Origin: an uncultured delta proteobacterium
Lineage (GTDB): Bacteria; Myxococcota_A; Polyangia; Haliangiales; Haliangiaceae
Assembly: GCA_963848295.1 (NCBI GenBank)
Contig: CAWKDB010000010.1
Span: 1,216,001 to 1,280,000 of the forward strand
Direction: 5' to 3'
DNA: 64,000 nucleotides
A program made the translations under genes and the position numbers. Under the pieces are notes generated by a model. It had not been told where the DNA came from and ran no database searches. It was given only the letters and a program-made list of their open reading frames with translations. Positions 12,506-20,951 of this stretch are shown piece by piece. Positions within the stretch are counted from its first letter, which is position 1. Each line of letters begins with the position of its first letter.

Positions 12506-14389
12506 ATGCGTTGCTCGACCTCGCGGCTCGGTATTATCTTCGCTTGTATCGTCGGCGCGTCCGGCGTCGCTCGCGCTCAAATGGGCGGCGGCATGGGCGG
12601 CGGCGGCGGCATGGGCGGCATGGGCGGCCCCGGCGGCGCGACCCAGCCGGCCGCCGACGCGAAGAAGGAAGGCGTCGCCGAAGCGGCTCCGAAGGCGGCG
12701 GCCTTGCCGACCACGCCGACGCTCGCGCCCGCGAAGGGTAAGCACAAGCGCTGGCAGCTGCTCGAGCTCGACGGCTACTGGCGGCTGCGCACCGACTGGT
12801 TCAAGAACTTCAACCTCGGCTTCACCGATGATCCGGCGAATCCGTCCGCCACCGGCGGCTCGCCGTTTCCGCGCGCGCTCGGGTGCACGGGCCCGGCCGG
12901 CAGCCCGTGCAATCACGCGCTCGCCGACGCGAACACGCGCCTGCGGTTCGAGCCGGTGTTGCACCTCGACGAAGGCACGTCGGTCCATGTTCAAGCCGAC
13001 GCGCTCGACAACCTCGTGCTCGGCTCGACCCCGGCCGGCGAGAGCTACACCGGCATCTACACCGCCTCGAATCCACCGCCGGTGACGAGCGCGTTCGGCA
13101 ACGGCAACCAGACCACACCGGTGCGCGGCGTCAACAGCGCGACCGATTCGTTCGTCGTCAAGCGCGCGTGGGCCGAGGTCGCCGTTCCGCTCGGCGTCAT
13201 CATGGCCGGTCGCATGCCGCAGAGCTGGGGCATGGGCATCTACTACAACAGCGGCGGCTACGATCCGGTGAGCGGCACGTACGACTACGATGGCGACTAT
13301 GGCGACACGATCGATCGGCTGAGCTTCACCGCGCAGATCCCGGGCACCGACCTCAAAGCGATGATCGCGATGGACTGGGATCTGACGAGCTTGGTGTCGA
13401 GCCAGACCGGCAACAACAAGGGCAACGAAGAGCACCCGTACGATCTCGACGACTCGAGCGACACCAACGGCTGGGTCGCCGAGATCTCGCGCATCGACTC
13501 GCCCCAAGAGTTCAAAGACAGGGTCGACCGCGGCGACACCGCGATCAACTGGGGTGTCCACTTCGAGTACAAGACGCAGAGCTGGGCCGAAGATCTCACC
13601 GGCTACACCCTGGGCACCCCGTTCGACAGCGCGGACCACTACGTGCCGCGCAACCTCACGAGCTACACCGGCGACCTGTTCGGCAGGCTCGGCATCGCCA
13701 GCGTCGTCGTCGAGGGTGAATTCGTCGGTCAGATCGGCTCGGTCGACAACCTGCAGAACCTCACGACCCCGGCGACGTACACGACCGAGAACATCCGCAA
13801 GTTCGGAGGCGCGGTGCGCGGCGCGTGGCACGATCACGATCAAAAGCTCAAGGTCGGGATCGAGTCCGGGTTCGCCACGGGCGATCAATGGGACAACAAG
13901 CCGCAGGGCAACACGAACATCGCCTACGCGAACCTGTTGGGCTCGCCGGCCGAGTGCAGCAGCACGACGATCACGACCGCGCAGTGCTCGTTGACTCAGT
14001 TCATGTTCAACCCCGAGTACAAGATCGATCTGATCCTGTGGCGGCGGCTGATCGGTGCGGTGACGAACGCGGCCTACTTCAAGCCGTTCATCCAGTACCA
14101 GCTGACCCGAGGCCTGACCGTGAAGCTCGCCGATGTCACGTCGATCGCGTTGAAGCCGGTCGCCACGCCCGGCAACAAGACCTTGTACGGCACCGAGATC
14201 GACGGCGATATCGGCTACAACTCCGGCCATCTGTTCGCCGGCGTCTCGGCCGGCGTGCTGCTACCGGGCGCCGCGATGGATCACCCGGACGCGGGCGGCG
14301 CGCAGGGCCCGGGCTTCGGCTACGGCACCGACACCGGCAACGCGACCACCGCGTACGCGATCCAGACCCGCTTGGTGCTGGCGTTCTAA
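12506..14389 (+). CDS. TIGR04551-family myxobacterial outer-membrane protein, paralog 1
   Basis: Signal peptide; LELDGYWRLRTD, DALDNLVLGSTP, VKRAWAEV, GRMPQSWGMG; C-terminal Phe (LVLAF) barrel signature. Family recognised from memory. Confidence 0.75.
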   Translation: MRCSTSRLGIIFACIVGASGVARAQMGGGMGGGGGMGGMGGPGGATQPAADAKKEGVAEAAPKAAALPTTPTLAPAKGKHKRWQLLELDGYWRLRTDWFKNFNLGFTDDPANPSATGGSPFPRALGCTGPAGSPCNHALADANTRLRFEPVLHLDEGTSVHVQADALDNLVLGSTPAGESYTGIYTASNPPPVTSAFGNGNQTTPVRGVNSATDSFVVKRAWAEVAVPLGVIMAGRMPQSWGMGIYYNSGGYDPVSGTYDYDGDYGDTIDRLSFTAQIPGTDLKAMIAMDWDLTSLVSSQTGNNKGNEEHPYDLDDSSDTNGWVAEISRIDSPQEFKDRVDRGDTAINWGVHFEYKTQSWAEDLTGYTLGTPFDSADHYVPRNLTSYTGDLFGRLGIASVVVEGEFVGQIGSVDNLQNLTTPATYTTENIRKFGGAVRGAWHDHDQKLKVGIESGFATGDQWDNKPQGNTNIAYANLLGSPAECSSTTITTAQCSLTQFMFNPEYKIDLILWRRLIGAVTNAAYFKPFIQYQLTRGLTVKLADVTSIALKPVATPGNKTLYGTEIDGDIGYNSGHLFAGVSAGVLLPGAAMDHPDAGGAQGPGFGYGTDTGNATTAYAIQTRLVLAF

Positions 14390-14457
14390 GGCAACGCGAG
14401 ATGTCGAGCCCTGGTCTAGAGCTACCTGCCTCCCGCCGAGATCCGCACCGGGTTGGA

Positions 14458-14486
14458 TTGACCGGTCATGGGGTGCTGTCTATAGT
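14458..14486 (+). promoter_or_regulatory. Sigma70-type promoter for paralog 2
   Basis: TTGACC-N17-TATAGT ending 38 nt upstream of ATG 14525. Confidence 0.65.
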
Positions 14487-14524
14487 CCGCCCGCCGCAGC
14501 TGCCGTAAAACCTTCGACTTATCC

Positions 14525-16420
14525 ATGCGTTACTCAATCTCTCGAGCTGTGGTCGGCATCGCGTGCATCGCCGCGGCGGCCGGCACCGCGCGCGCCCAGC
14601 TCGGCCCCGGCAGCGGACTCCCGGGCGTCGGATCCGGCAGCGCAACCGGCACGGCACTGGCTCCCGAGGACAAGCAAGACACCTCGGTCGAGGCTCCGAA
14701 GGTGGCGTTGCTGCCGACCACGCCCGCGCTGCCGCCGATGCACGCGCGCAAGAAGCACTGGAAGCTGCTCGAGCTCGGCGGCTACTGGCGGATGCGAACC
14801 GACTGGTTCAAGAACTTCAACCTCAACTACATCGACGACCCGGCGAACCCGATCTACGGCGGCTCGCCGTGGCCGCGCGCGCTCGGCTGCACCGCGACCG
14901 AGGTCAACCATCCGTGTGACGACTCGCTCGCGAGCGCGAACATGCGGCTGCGCCTCGAGCCGGTGTTCAACATCGACGAAGGCACGTCGGTGCACGTCCA
15001 GGCGGATGCGCTCGACAACCTGTTGCTCGGCTCGACCCCGACTGGCGAGGCCTACAACAACATCTACACGACCGCGAACCCGCCGCCGCTCACCGGTGCG
15101 TTCAACAACGGCAATCAGTCGCCGCCGGTCAAGGGCGTCAACAACGTGAGCGACTCGTTCGCCATCAAGCGCGCCTGGGCGGAGGTCGCGACGCCGATCG
15201 GCATCGTCAAGGCCGGCCGGATGCCGAACAGCTGGGGCATGGGCATCTATCACAACAGCGGCGGCTACGACCCGATCAGCGGCGACTACGACTACGACGG
15301 CGACTACGGCGACACCGTCGATCGCCTGAGCTTCTCGGCGGCGATTCCGGGCACGCCGCTGCGCGCGATGATCGCCGCCGATTGGGATCTGACGCGGCTC
15401 GTGTCGAGCCAGACCAGCGAGAACGTCGCGGCGCAGGAGCGGCCTTACGATCTCGACGACGCCAGCGACACGAACGGCTACGTCGCGGTGATCTCGAAGC
15501 TCGACTCGCCGCAGGACTTCAAAGATACGGTCGACCGCGGCGACACCGCGCTCAATTATGGCACCTACCTGGAATACAAGAGCCAGAAGTGGGACGAGGA
15601 CCTGACCGGTTTTACCGAGGGCGGCACGTTCGATAGCGCCGATCACTACATCCCTCGCAACTTGAAGAGCTACACCGCTGACCTGTGGGGCAAGGTCGCG
15701 TTCGGCGGCTCCTTGTTCGAAGGCGAGTTCGTCGGCCAGTTCGGCTCGGTCGAGAATCTGCAGAACCTCACCGCGCCCGACGCCTACACGACCGAGCGGA
15801 TCCGCAAGTTCGGCGGCGCGCTGCGGTTCACGTACAAGGCGCTCGATAACAAGCTCAAGGTCGGGCTCGAGGCGGGCTTCGCGACCGGCGACCAGTGGGA
15901 CAACACGCCGCAAGGCAACACGAACATCGCGTACGCGAACTTGCTCGGCGAGCCGAGCCTGTGCAGCAGCCCGAACTCGCAGCAATCGAACTGCACGTTG
16001 ACGCAGTTCATGTTCAACCCCGAGTACAAGGTCGACCTGATCCTGTGGCGCCGGTTGATCGGCGCGGTCACCAACGCGGCGTACTTCAAGCCGTTCATCT
16101 CGTACGAGATCACGAAGGGCCTGGTCGTCAAGCTCTGGGACGTGACGTCGATCGCGCTGAGACCGGTGTCCACGCCGGGCAACTCGCTGACCTACGGCAC
16201 CGAAATCGACGCCGACATCGGCTATCAGACCGGCCATCTCTACACCGGGATCTCGGGCGGCGTGCTGTTCCCGTTCGGCGCGATGTCGCATCCGGAGGAT
16301 TCGACCGATGTCCAAGGCCCCGGCTTCGGCTACGGCTCGAACACGACCACCGGCGAGCTCAACTACGGCGATCCGGGCACCGCCTACGCGGTCCAGACCC
16401 GCCTCGTCCTCGCATTCTAG
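14525..16420 (+). CDS. TIGR04551-family myxobacterial outer-membrane protein, paralog 2
   Basis: Colinear with and highly similar to 12506..14389, with the same motifs and an identical QTRLVLAF C-terminus. Confidence 0.75.
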   Translation: MRYSISRAVVGIACIAAAAGTARAQLGPGSGLPGVGSGSATGTALAPEDKQDTSVEAPKVALLPTTPALPPMHARKKHWKLLELGGYWRMRTDWFKNFNLNYIDDPANPIYGGSPWPRALGCTATEVNHPCDDSLASANMRLRLEPVFNIDEGTSVHVQADALDNLLLGSTPTGEAYNNIYTTANPPPLTGAFNNGNQSPPVKGVNNVSDSFAIKRAWAEVATPIGIVKAGRMPNSWGMGIYHNSGGYDPISGDYDYDGDYGDTVDRLSFSAAIPGTPLRAMIAADWDLTRLVSSQTSENVAAQERPYDLDDASDTNGYVAVISKLDSPQDFKDTVDRGDTALNYGTYLEYKSQKWDEDLTGFTEGGTFDSADHYIPRNLKSYTADLWGKVAFGGSLFEGEFVGQFGSVENLQNLTAPDAYTTERIRKFGGALRFTYKALDNKLKVGLEAGFATGDQWDNTPQGNTNIAYANLLGEPSLCSSPNSQQSNCTLTQFMFNPEYKVDLILWRRLIGAVTNAAYFKPFISYEITKGLVVKLWDVTSIALRPVSTPGNSLTYGTEIDADIGYQTGHLYTGISGGVLFPFGAMSHPEDSTDVQGPGFGYGSNTTTGELNYGDPGTAYAVQTRLVLAF

Positions 16421-16422
16421 CC

Positions 16423-16523
16423 CTGGTGACGCTGTCTCTTTTGTCACCTTGCTAACGATAGCCCGGCGCTAACCTCAACAACTGCGCGGCATTTGCTGGG
16501 GACGCTGTCTCTTTTGTCACCTT
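16423..16523 (-). repeat. 28-bp REP-like repeat pair (16423-16450, 16496-16523), direct orientation
   Basis: CTGG(T/G)GACGCTGTCTCTTTTGTCACCTT twice, 73-bp period. Confidence 0.9.
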
Positions 16524-16614
16524 ACGATGCTGCGAGGCGCCGAACCTAGCTGTGGATCTAGCTAATCGATCTGGCCGCAGTTTCCGGTCGACGCAGTTCT
16601 AGTACGGTCCGCTC

Positions 16615-17463
16615 GTGACGTACGACGACGCGGTCCGCGAGCTGGCTCGAGCTCCGCTCGCGCAGTTCGTCGCGGAGCGCAAGCGGCTCGTCGGCGAGCT
16701 CCGCACCGCCGGTGACCGCGATGGCTCGGCGCTGCTCGCGAAGCGCGCTCGCCCTGCGGTTTCGGTGTGGGCGGTCAATCAGCTGTACTGGCAAGCGCGC
16801 GACGCGTTCGATGCGGTGCTCGCGACCGGCGCTCGGCTGCGGCGCGGCGAGCTCGCGGCGAACGCGGATCATCGCGATGCGCTCGCGGCGCTGCGGCGAC
16901 GCGCGATCGCGATCCTGACCGCCGCGGGTCACAGCGCCGTCGAAGCGACCCTGCGCCGGACGATGGCGACGCTCGCCGCGATCGCCGCGCACGGTGGGTT
17001 CGAACCGGATCTCGCAGGCGCATTGACCGCGGATCGCGATCCGCCGGGCTTCGAGCTCGCCGTGCCGGCAACAACCGGGGGCGCAGCACGGCCCGCGCCT
17101 CCCCGACCGGCGGCACCCGATCGCGCTGCTCGCGGCGAAGCCGAGCGTTCCGAAGCCCAGCCCGCCGCGGCCCAGCGTGCCGCCGCCCAGCGTGCCGCCG
17201 CCCAGCGCGCCGAAGCCCAGCGTGCCGACGCCCAACGTGCTGCCGCCGAAGCCGAGATGGCCCGCCGTCTCGCCGCAGCGCGCGAGCGGCTGGAAGCGGC
17301 GCTGCGCACCGCGCTTGGTGAAGGCGACGCCAAGGTTCGCGCGGTCGCCGCGCTTCGCGAGCAGCTCGTCGCCGCCGAGGCTGCGGTCGCAGCGACGCGC
17401 GCGACGATCGCCGATCTCGAGCGCGAGCTCGCTGCGCTGCCCACGCCGATTCGGCGCGGGTAA
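16615..17463 (+). CDS. Conserved hypothetical coiled-coil protein with AQRAA pentapeptide repeats
   Basis: N-terminal FVAERKRL...RPAVSVWAVNQL motif; seven 15-bp repeats at 17140-17244. Confidence 0.65.
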   Translation: MTYDDAVRELARAPLAQFVAERKRLVGELRTAGDRDGSALLAKRARPAVSVWAVNQLYWQARDAFDAVLATGARLRRGELAANADHRDALAALRRRAIAILTAAGHSAVEATLRRTMATLAAIAAHGGFEPDLAGALTADRDPPGFELAVPATTGGAARPAPPRPAAPDRAARGEAERSEAQPAAAQRAAAQRAAAQRAEAQRADAQRAAAEAEMARRLAAARERLEAALRTALGEGDAKVRAVAALREQLVAAEAAVAATRATIADLERELAALPTPIRRG

Positions 17464-17581
17464 TCACAGCGGCACGCTCGATCACAGGATCGCGTCACGA
17501 CCTGGTCACGTTCTGACGAGACGGTCGCGACGTGTTTCGATCATGTAACGCGATCCTCCTGCCGCCACCCACACTGCGAAC

Positions 17582-18442
17582 ATGTCCGCACGTGAGGTTC
17601 CGTACTGGGTGCGCCGCCTGCCGTTCTGGTTCGTCCATGTGGCGGCGCTGGTCGGCGCGATCTGGGTCGGCTGGAGCTGGCAAGCCTGTGCGTGGCTGCT
17701 CGGCGGCTACGCGGTGCGGATGTTCGCGGTCACCGCGGGCTTCCATCGCTACTTCGCGCACCGCTCGTTCAAGACCAGTCGAGCGTTCCAGCTCGTGCTC
17801 GCGGTGCTCGGCATGGGTGCGGCGCAGCAGGGCCCGATCTGGTGGGCGAGCCATCACCGCCGCCACCACAAGTTCTCCGACGAACCCGGCGACACGCACT
17901 CGCCTCGTCAGGGCGGATTGTGGTGGGCGCACCTCGGCTGGGTGCTCTCCAACAAGTGGGAGAAGACCGAGCACGAGCTCGTCCGCGACCTCGAGCGCTA
18001 TCCCGAGCTGCGATGGGTCGACGGGCACGATGCGGTGTTCGTGATCGGTTACGGCATCTTGCTCTACGTGTTAGGCGGGCCGACCGCGCTGATCTGGGGT
18101 CACTTCGTCGCGATGGTCGCGTGCTGGCACGTGACGTTCTGCATCAACTCGCTCGCGCACGTGTGGGGGCGGCGGCGCTATGCGACCGACGACGACTCGC
18201 GCAACAACGCCCTGCTCGCGGTGCTGACGTTCGGCGAGGGCTGGCACAACAACCACCACTACTACCAGCGCTCGGCGCGCCAGGGCTTCCACTGGTGGCA
18301 GATCGACATCAGCTATTACGTGCTCAAGCTCCTCGAGCTCGTCCACCTCGTGCGCGACGTCGAGGGCGTGCCTGCCCACGTTCGCGACGTCGTGATACCG
18401 GTGCCGGTGCTCGTGCCCGCAGTCGTCGCGGCGAAACTGTAG
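17582..18442 (+). CDS. Acyl-CoA / fatty acid desaturase (delta-9 type)
   Basis: Histidine boxes HRYFAH, HRRHH and GEGWHNNHH; TM segments. Confidence 0.92.
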   Translation: MSAREVPYWVRRLPFWFVHVAALVGAIWVGWSWQACAWLLGGYAVRMFAVTAGFHRYFAHRSFKTSRAFQLVLAVLGMGAAQQGPIWWASHHRRHHKFSDEPGDTHSPRQGGLWWAHLGWVLSNKWEKTEHELVRDLERYPELRWVDGHDAVFVIGYGILLYVLGGPTALIWGHFVAMVACWHVTFCINSLAHVWGRRRYATDDDSRNNALLAVLTFGEGWHNNHHYYQRSARQGFHWWQIDISYYVLKLLELVHLVRDVEGVPAHVRDVVIPVPVLVPAVVAAKL

Positions 18443-18450
18443 CCCACGGT

Positions 18451-18870
18451 CTGCCCGCGCGACCAGAGCGGTACCTTGGTCCCAAGCGCGTAACTTCCAA
18501 GCCGATCATCATGCGCCGGCGCACCTAAACGCGAGCACCGCCCATGGTCCCGCACCGCCGGCCGCGCGCCGCGCGCCGCGGACCCAAGCGTACCGCTCCA
18601 GCGCGCGCTGCCGCGAGGGCGCGATGCTGCGATAGGGCGCCGCCGCGACGGCGCGAGACCGCGACAGAGCACGCTGCAGCGAGGGCGCGGCTGCGCGCGC
18701 GACCAGAGCGGTACCTTGGTCCCAAGCGCGTAACTTCCAAGCCGATCATCATGCGCCGGCGCACCTAAACGCGATGCACCGCCCATGGTCCCGCACCGCC
18801 GGCCGCGCGCCGCGCGCAGGGACCCAAGCGTACCGCTCCAGCGCGCGCTGCCGCGAGGGCGCGATGCTGC
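18451..18870. repeat. Two near-identical 180-bp direct repeats (18451-18630, 18691-18870), each with internal inverted ends
   Basis: Exact 240-bp period with only a few differences; GAGCGGTACCTTGGTCCC ... GGACCCAAGCGTACCGCTC arms. Confidence 0.92.
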
Positions 18871-18904
18871 CGCGACTCGCGATGCTGCCGCGAGAACGCG
18901 AAGG

Positions 18905-20269
18905 TCAGAGCGCGGCGATCGCCGCGACGAGGCGATCGACCGGCACGAGCTCCATGCCACCGGCATCCGCGATCCGCTGTGCGTTCTGCGCTGGAACAAT
19001 GGCGCGCTTGAACCCGAGCCGTGCCGCCTCGGCGAGCCGTTGCTCGCATAGTGGGACCGCCCGGATCTCGCCGGCGAGCCCGACCTCGCCGAACACCACG
19101 GTGTGCGCATCGATCGCGCGGCCGCGCACCGACGACGCGACCGCACACGCGACGCCGAGATCGATCGCCGGCTCGCCGAGCCGCAAGCCGCCAGCGACGT
19201 TGACGAACACGTCGCGATCGAGCACATCGCACTGCGCGCGTTGCGCGAGCACGGCCAACAACAGCGCGACGCGATTGCCATCGACGCCCGCCGCCGTGCG
19301 CCTGCCGAAGCCCGCGCTCGCCGGCGCGACGAGCGCTTGGATCTCGACGAGCAACGGCCGTGCGCCATCCGCGGACGCCACCACGACCGACCCCGGCGCG
19401 CCGATCGGCCGCTCCGCGAGCAGGTGCGCCGACGGGTTCGCGACCTCGGCCATCCCGCCGCCTCGCATCTCGAACACGCCGATCTCCTGGGTCGAGCCGA
19501 ACCGATTCTTGTGCGCGCGCAAGATCCGATACGGCCCGCCATCGCCCTCGAGCTGGAGCACGACATCGACGATGTGCTCGAGCGTCTTGGGGCCGGCGAG
19601 CCCGCCGTCCTTCGTGACGTGCCCGACGAGCACGGTCGGCGTGCCGGTCGTCTTCGCGTACTGCATCAGCCGGCTCGCGCACTCGCGGACCTGCGCGAGC
19701 GAGCCCGGGATCGAATCGAGCAGCGGCGTGTAGACCGTCTGGATCGAGTCGACCGCGAGGATCGCCGGCCGCGCCGCCTGCGCGTGCGCGACGATCCGTT
19801 CGACATCGGTCTCCGACACGATCGACAGCTCGGCCTTCGCCGCGCCGACCCGGCGCGCGCGCATCGCGGTCTGCGCGATCGACTCCTCGCCGGTCGCGTA
19901 CAGCACGGCCTTGCCCGCGGCGAGCCCGGCGAGCGCCTGGACGAGCAACGTCGACTTGCCGATGCCCGGGTCGCCGCCGAGCAACACGAGGCTGCCCGCG
20001 ACCAGGCCGCCGCCGAGCACGCGATCGAGCTCCGCGATGCCGGTGCGCTGGCGATGTGCGCCGTCGATCTCGCCGACCTCGGTGATCGCGACCGGCGCGC
20101 GGCCATCGGCGACGCCGGCTGCGCTCGGACGCGGCGGCGTCGGGCCGCCCATCTCCTCGACCAGCGAGCTCCACTCCTTGCACGCGGGACAGCGGCCGAG
20201 CCACTTCGCCTCGATGTGGCCGCACGCCTGGCAGGCGTACACGCTGCGGGCGGGCTTGACCTTCGCCAT
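18905..20269 (-). CDS. radA: DNA repair protein RadA/Sms
   Basis: C4 zinc finger (CQAC...CPAC), GGDPGIGKST, KNRFG motif, Lon-like C-terminus. Confidence 0.97.
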   Translation of the reverse strand: MAKVKPARSVYACQACGHIEAKWLGRCPACKEWSSLVEEMGGPTPPRPSAAGVADGRAPVAITEVGEIDGAHRQRTGIAELDRVLGGGLVAGSLVLLGGDPGIGKSTLLVQALAGLAAGKAVLYATGEESIAQTAMRARRVGAAKAELSIVSETDVERIVAHAQAARPAILAVDSIQTVYTPLLDSIPGSLAQVRECASRLMQYAKTTGTPTVLVGHVTKDGGLAGPKTLEHIVDVVLQLEGDGGPYRILRAHKNRFGSTQEIGVFEMRGGGMAEVANPSAHLLAERPIGAPGSVVVASADGARPLLVEIQALVAPASAGFGRRTAAGVDGNRVALLLAVLAQRAQCDVLDRDVFVNVAGGLRLGEPAIDLGVACAVASSVRGRAIDAHTVVFGEVGLAGEIRAVPLCEQRLAEAARLGFKRAIVPAQNAQRIADAGGMELVPVDRLVAAIAAL

Positions 20270-20305
20270 GCGCCACCTTACGCGCCGGGTCTGACGGCGC
20301 CGGCG

Positions 20306-20932
20306 TCAGGACCGGCGCGCGTGGATCACGGCGTCGACACCGCTGCCGGCAGCCGCTCGCGGACGGTCCTCGGCGACGATCACCTCCCACGCGCGCGGAT
20401 CCAGCGCGCGGGTCGCGGCCTCGATCGAGACCTGGACCTGGCCGGCGGCCGCGGTCGCAGCTCCGGTCGCCGGGTCGACGGGTCGATGGCCGACCATCAA
20501 CAATGTCCCGCCTGGTGCGACCCCACTCGCGATCCGGCGGATCATCTCGTCCACGGATCCCGCCACGTGGACATACAAGCAGATCACGAGCTCGTAGTGC
20601 TCCGGCGTCGCGGCCCACGATGCGAGGTCGCCCTCGATCCAGTCGACGCGCGCCGCGACCCCAGCCCCGAGGGCCTCGGCCGTAGACCGCCCGTGCGCCA
20701 GTGCGGATCCCGAGAAGTCGACCGCGGTGACCAGCCACCCGTGCGCGGCGAGCCACAGCGCGTCGGCGCCATGGCCGCAACCGGCGTCGAGCGCCCGCCC
20801 CGGGCGAAGGCCGCCGACCTCGGCGATCAGCTGCGCGTTCGGCGGGCGGTGCGCGACCTTGTCCGGGTGCTCGCGTAACGTCTTCGCCCACAGCTGCTCC
20901 CAGAACGATCGATCGTACGCCGGCTTCGTCAC
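20306..20932 (-). CDS. Class I SAM-dependent methyltransferase
   Basis: ALDAGCGHGADALWLA...VTAVDFS motifs. Confidence 0.88.
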   Translation of the reverse strand: MTKPAYDRSFWEQLWAKTLREHPDKVAHRPPNAQLIAEVGGLRPGRALDAGCGHGADALWLAAHGWLVTAVDFSGSALAHGRSTAEALGAGVAARVDWIEGDLASWAATPEHYELVICLYVHVAGSVDEMIRRIASGVAPGGTLLMVGHRPVDPATGAATAAAGQVQVSIEAATRALDPRAWEVIVAEDRPRAAAGSGVDAVIHARRS

Positions 20933-20951
20933 GACGTCGGCTCGTGACCGA

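Noticed and set aside
16423..16523. 28-bp direct repeats with a 45-bp spacer as a mini CRISPR array
   Set aside because: Only two units per locus, dispersed and divergent between loci, with no cas genes or leader; better explained as REP-like doublets.
18324..18764. Duplicated small minus-strand ORFs MRRRMMIGLEVTRLGPRY...
   Set aside because: By-product of the 180-bp repeat; low-complexity Arg/Ala content, no RBS, and divergent C-termini.
18451..18870. Self-cleaving ribozyme within the 180-bp repeat
   Set aside because: No hammerhead core (CUGAUGA...GAAA) or convincing twister/HDV consensus was visible by eye; an Infernal search would be needed.
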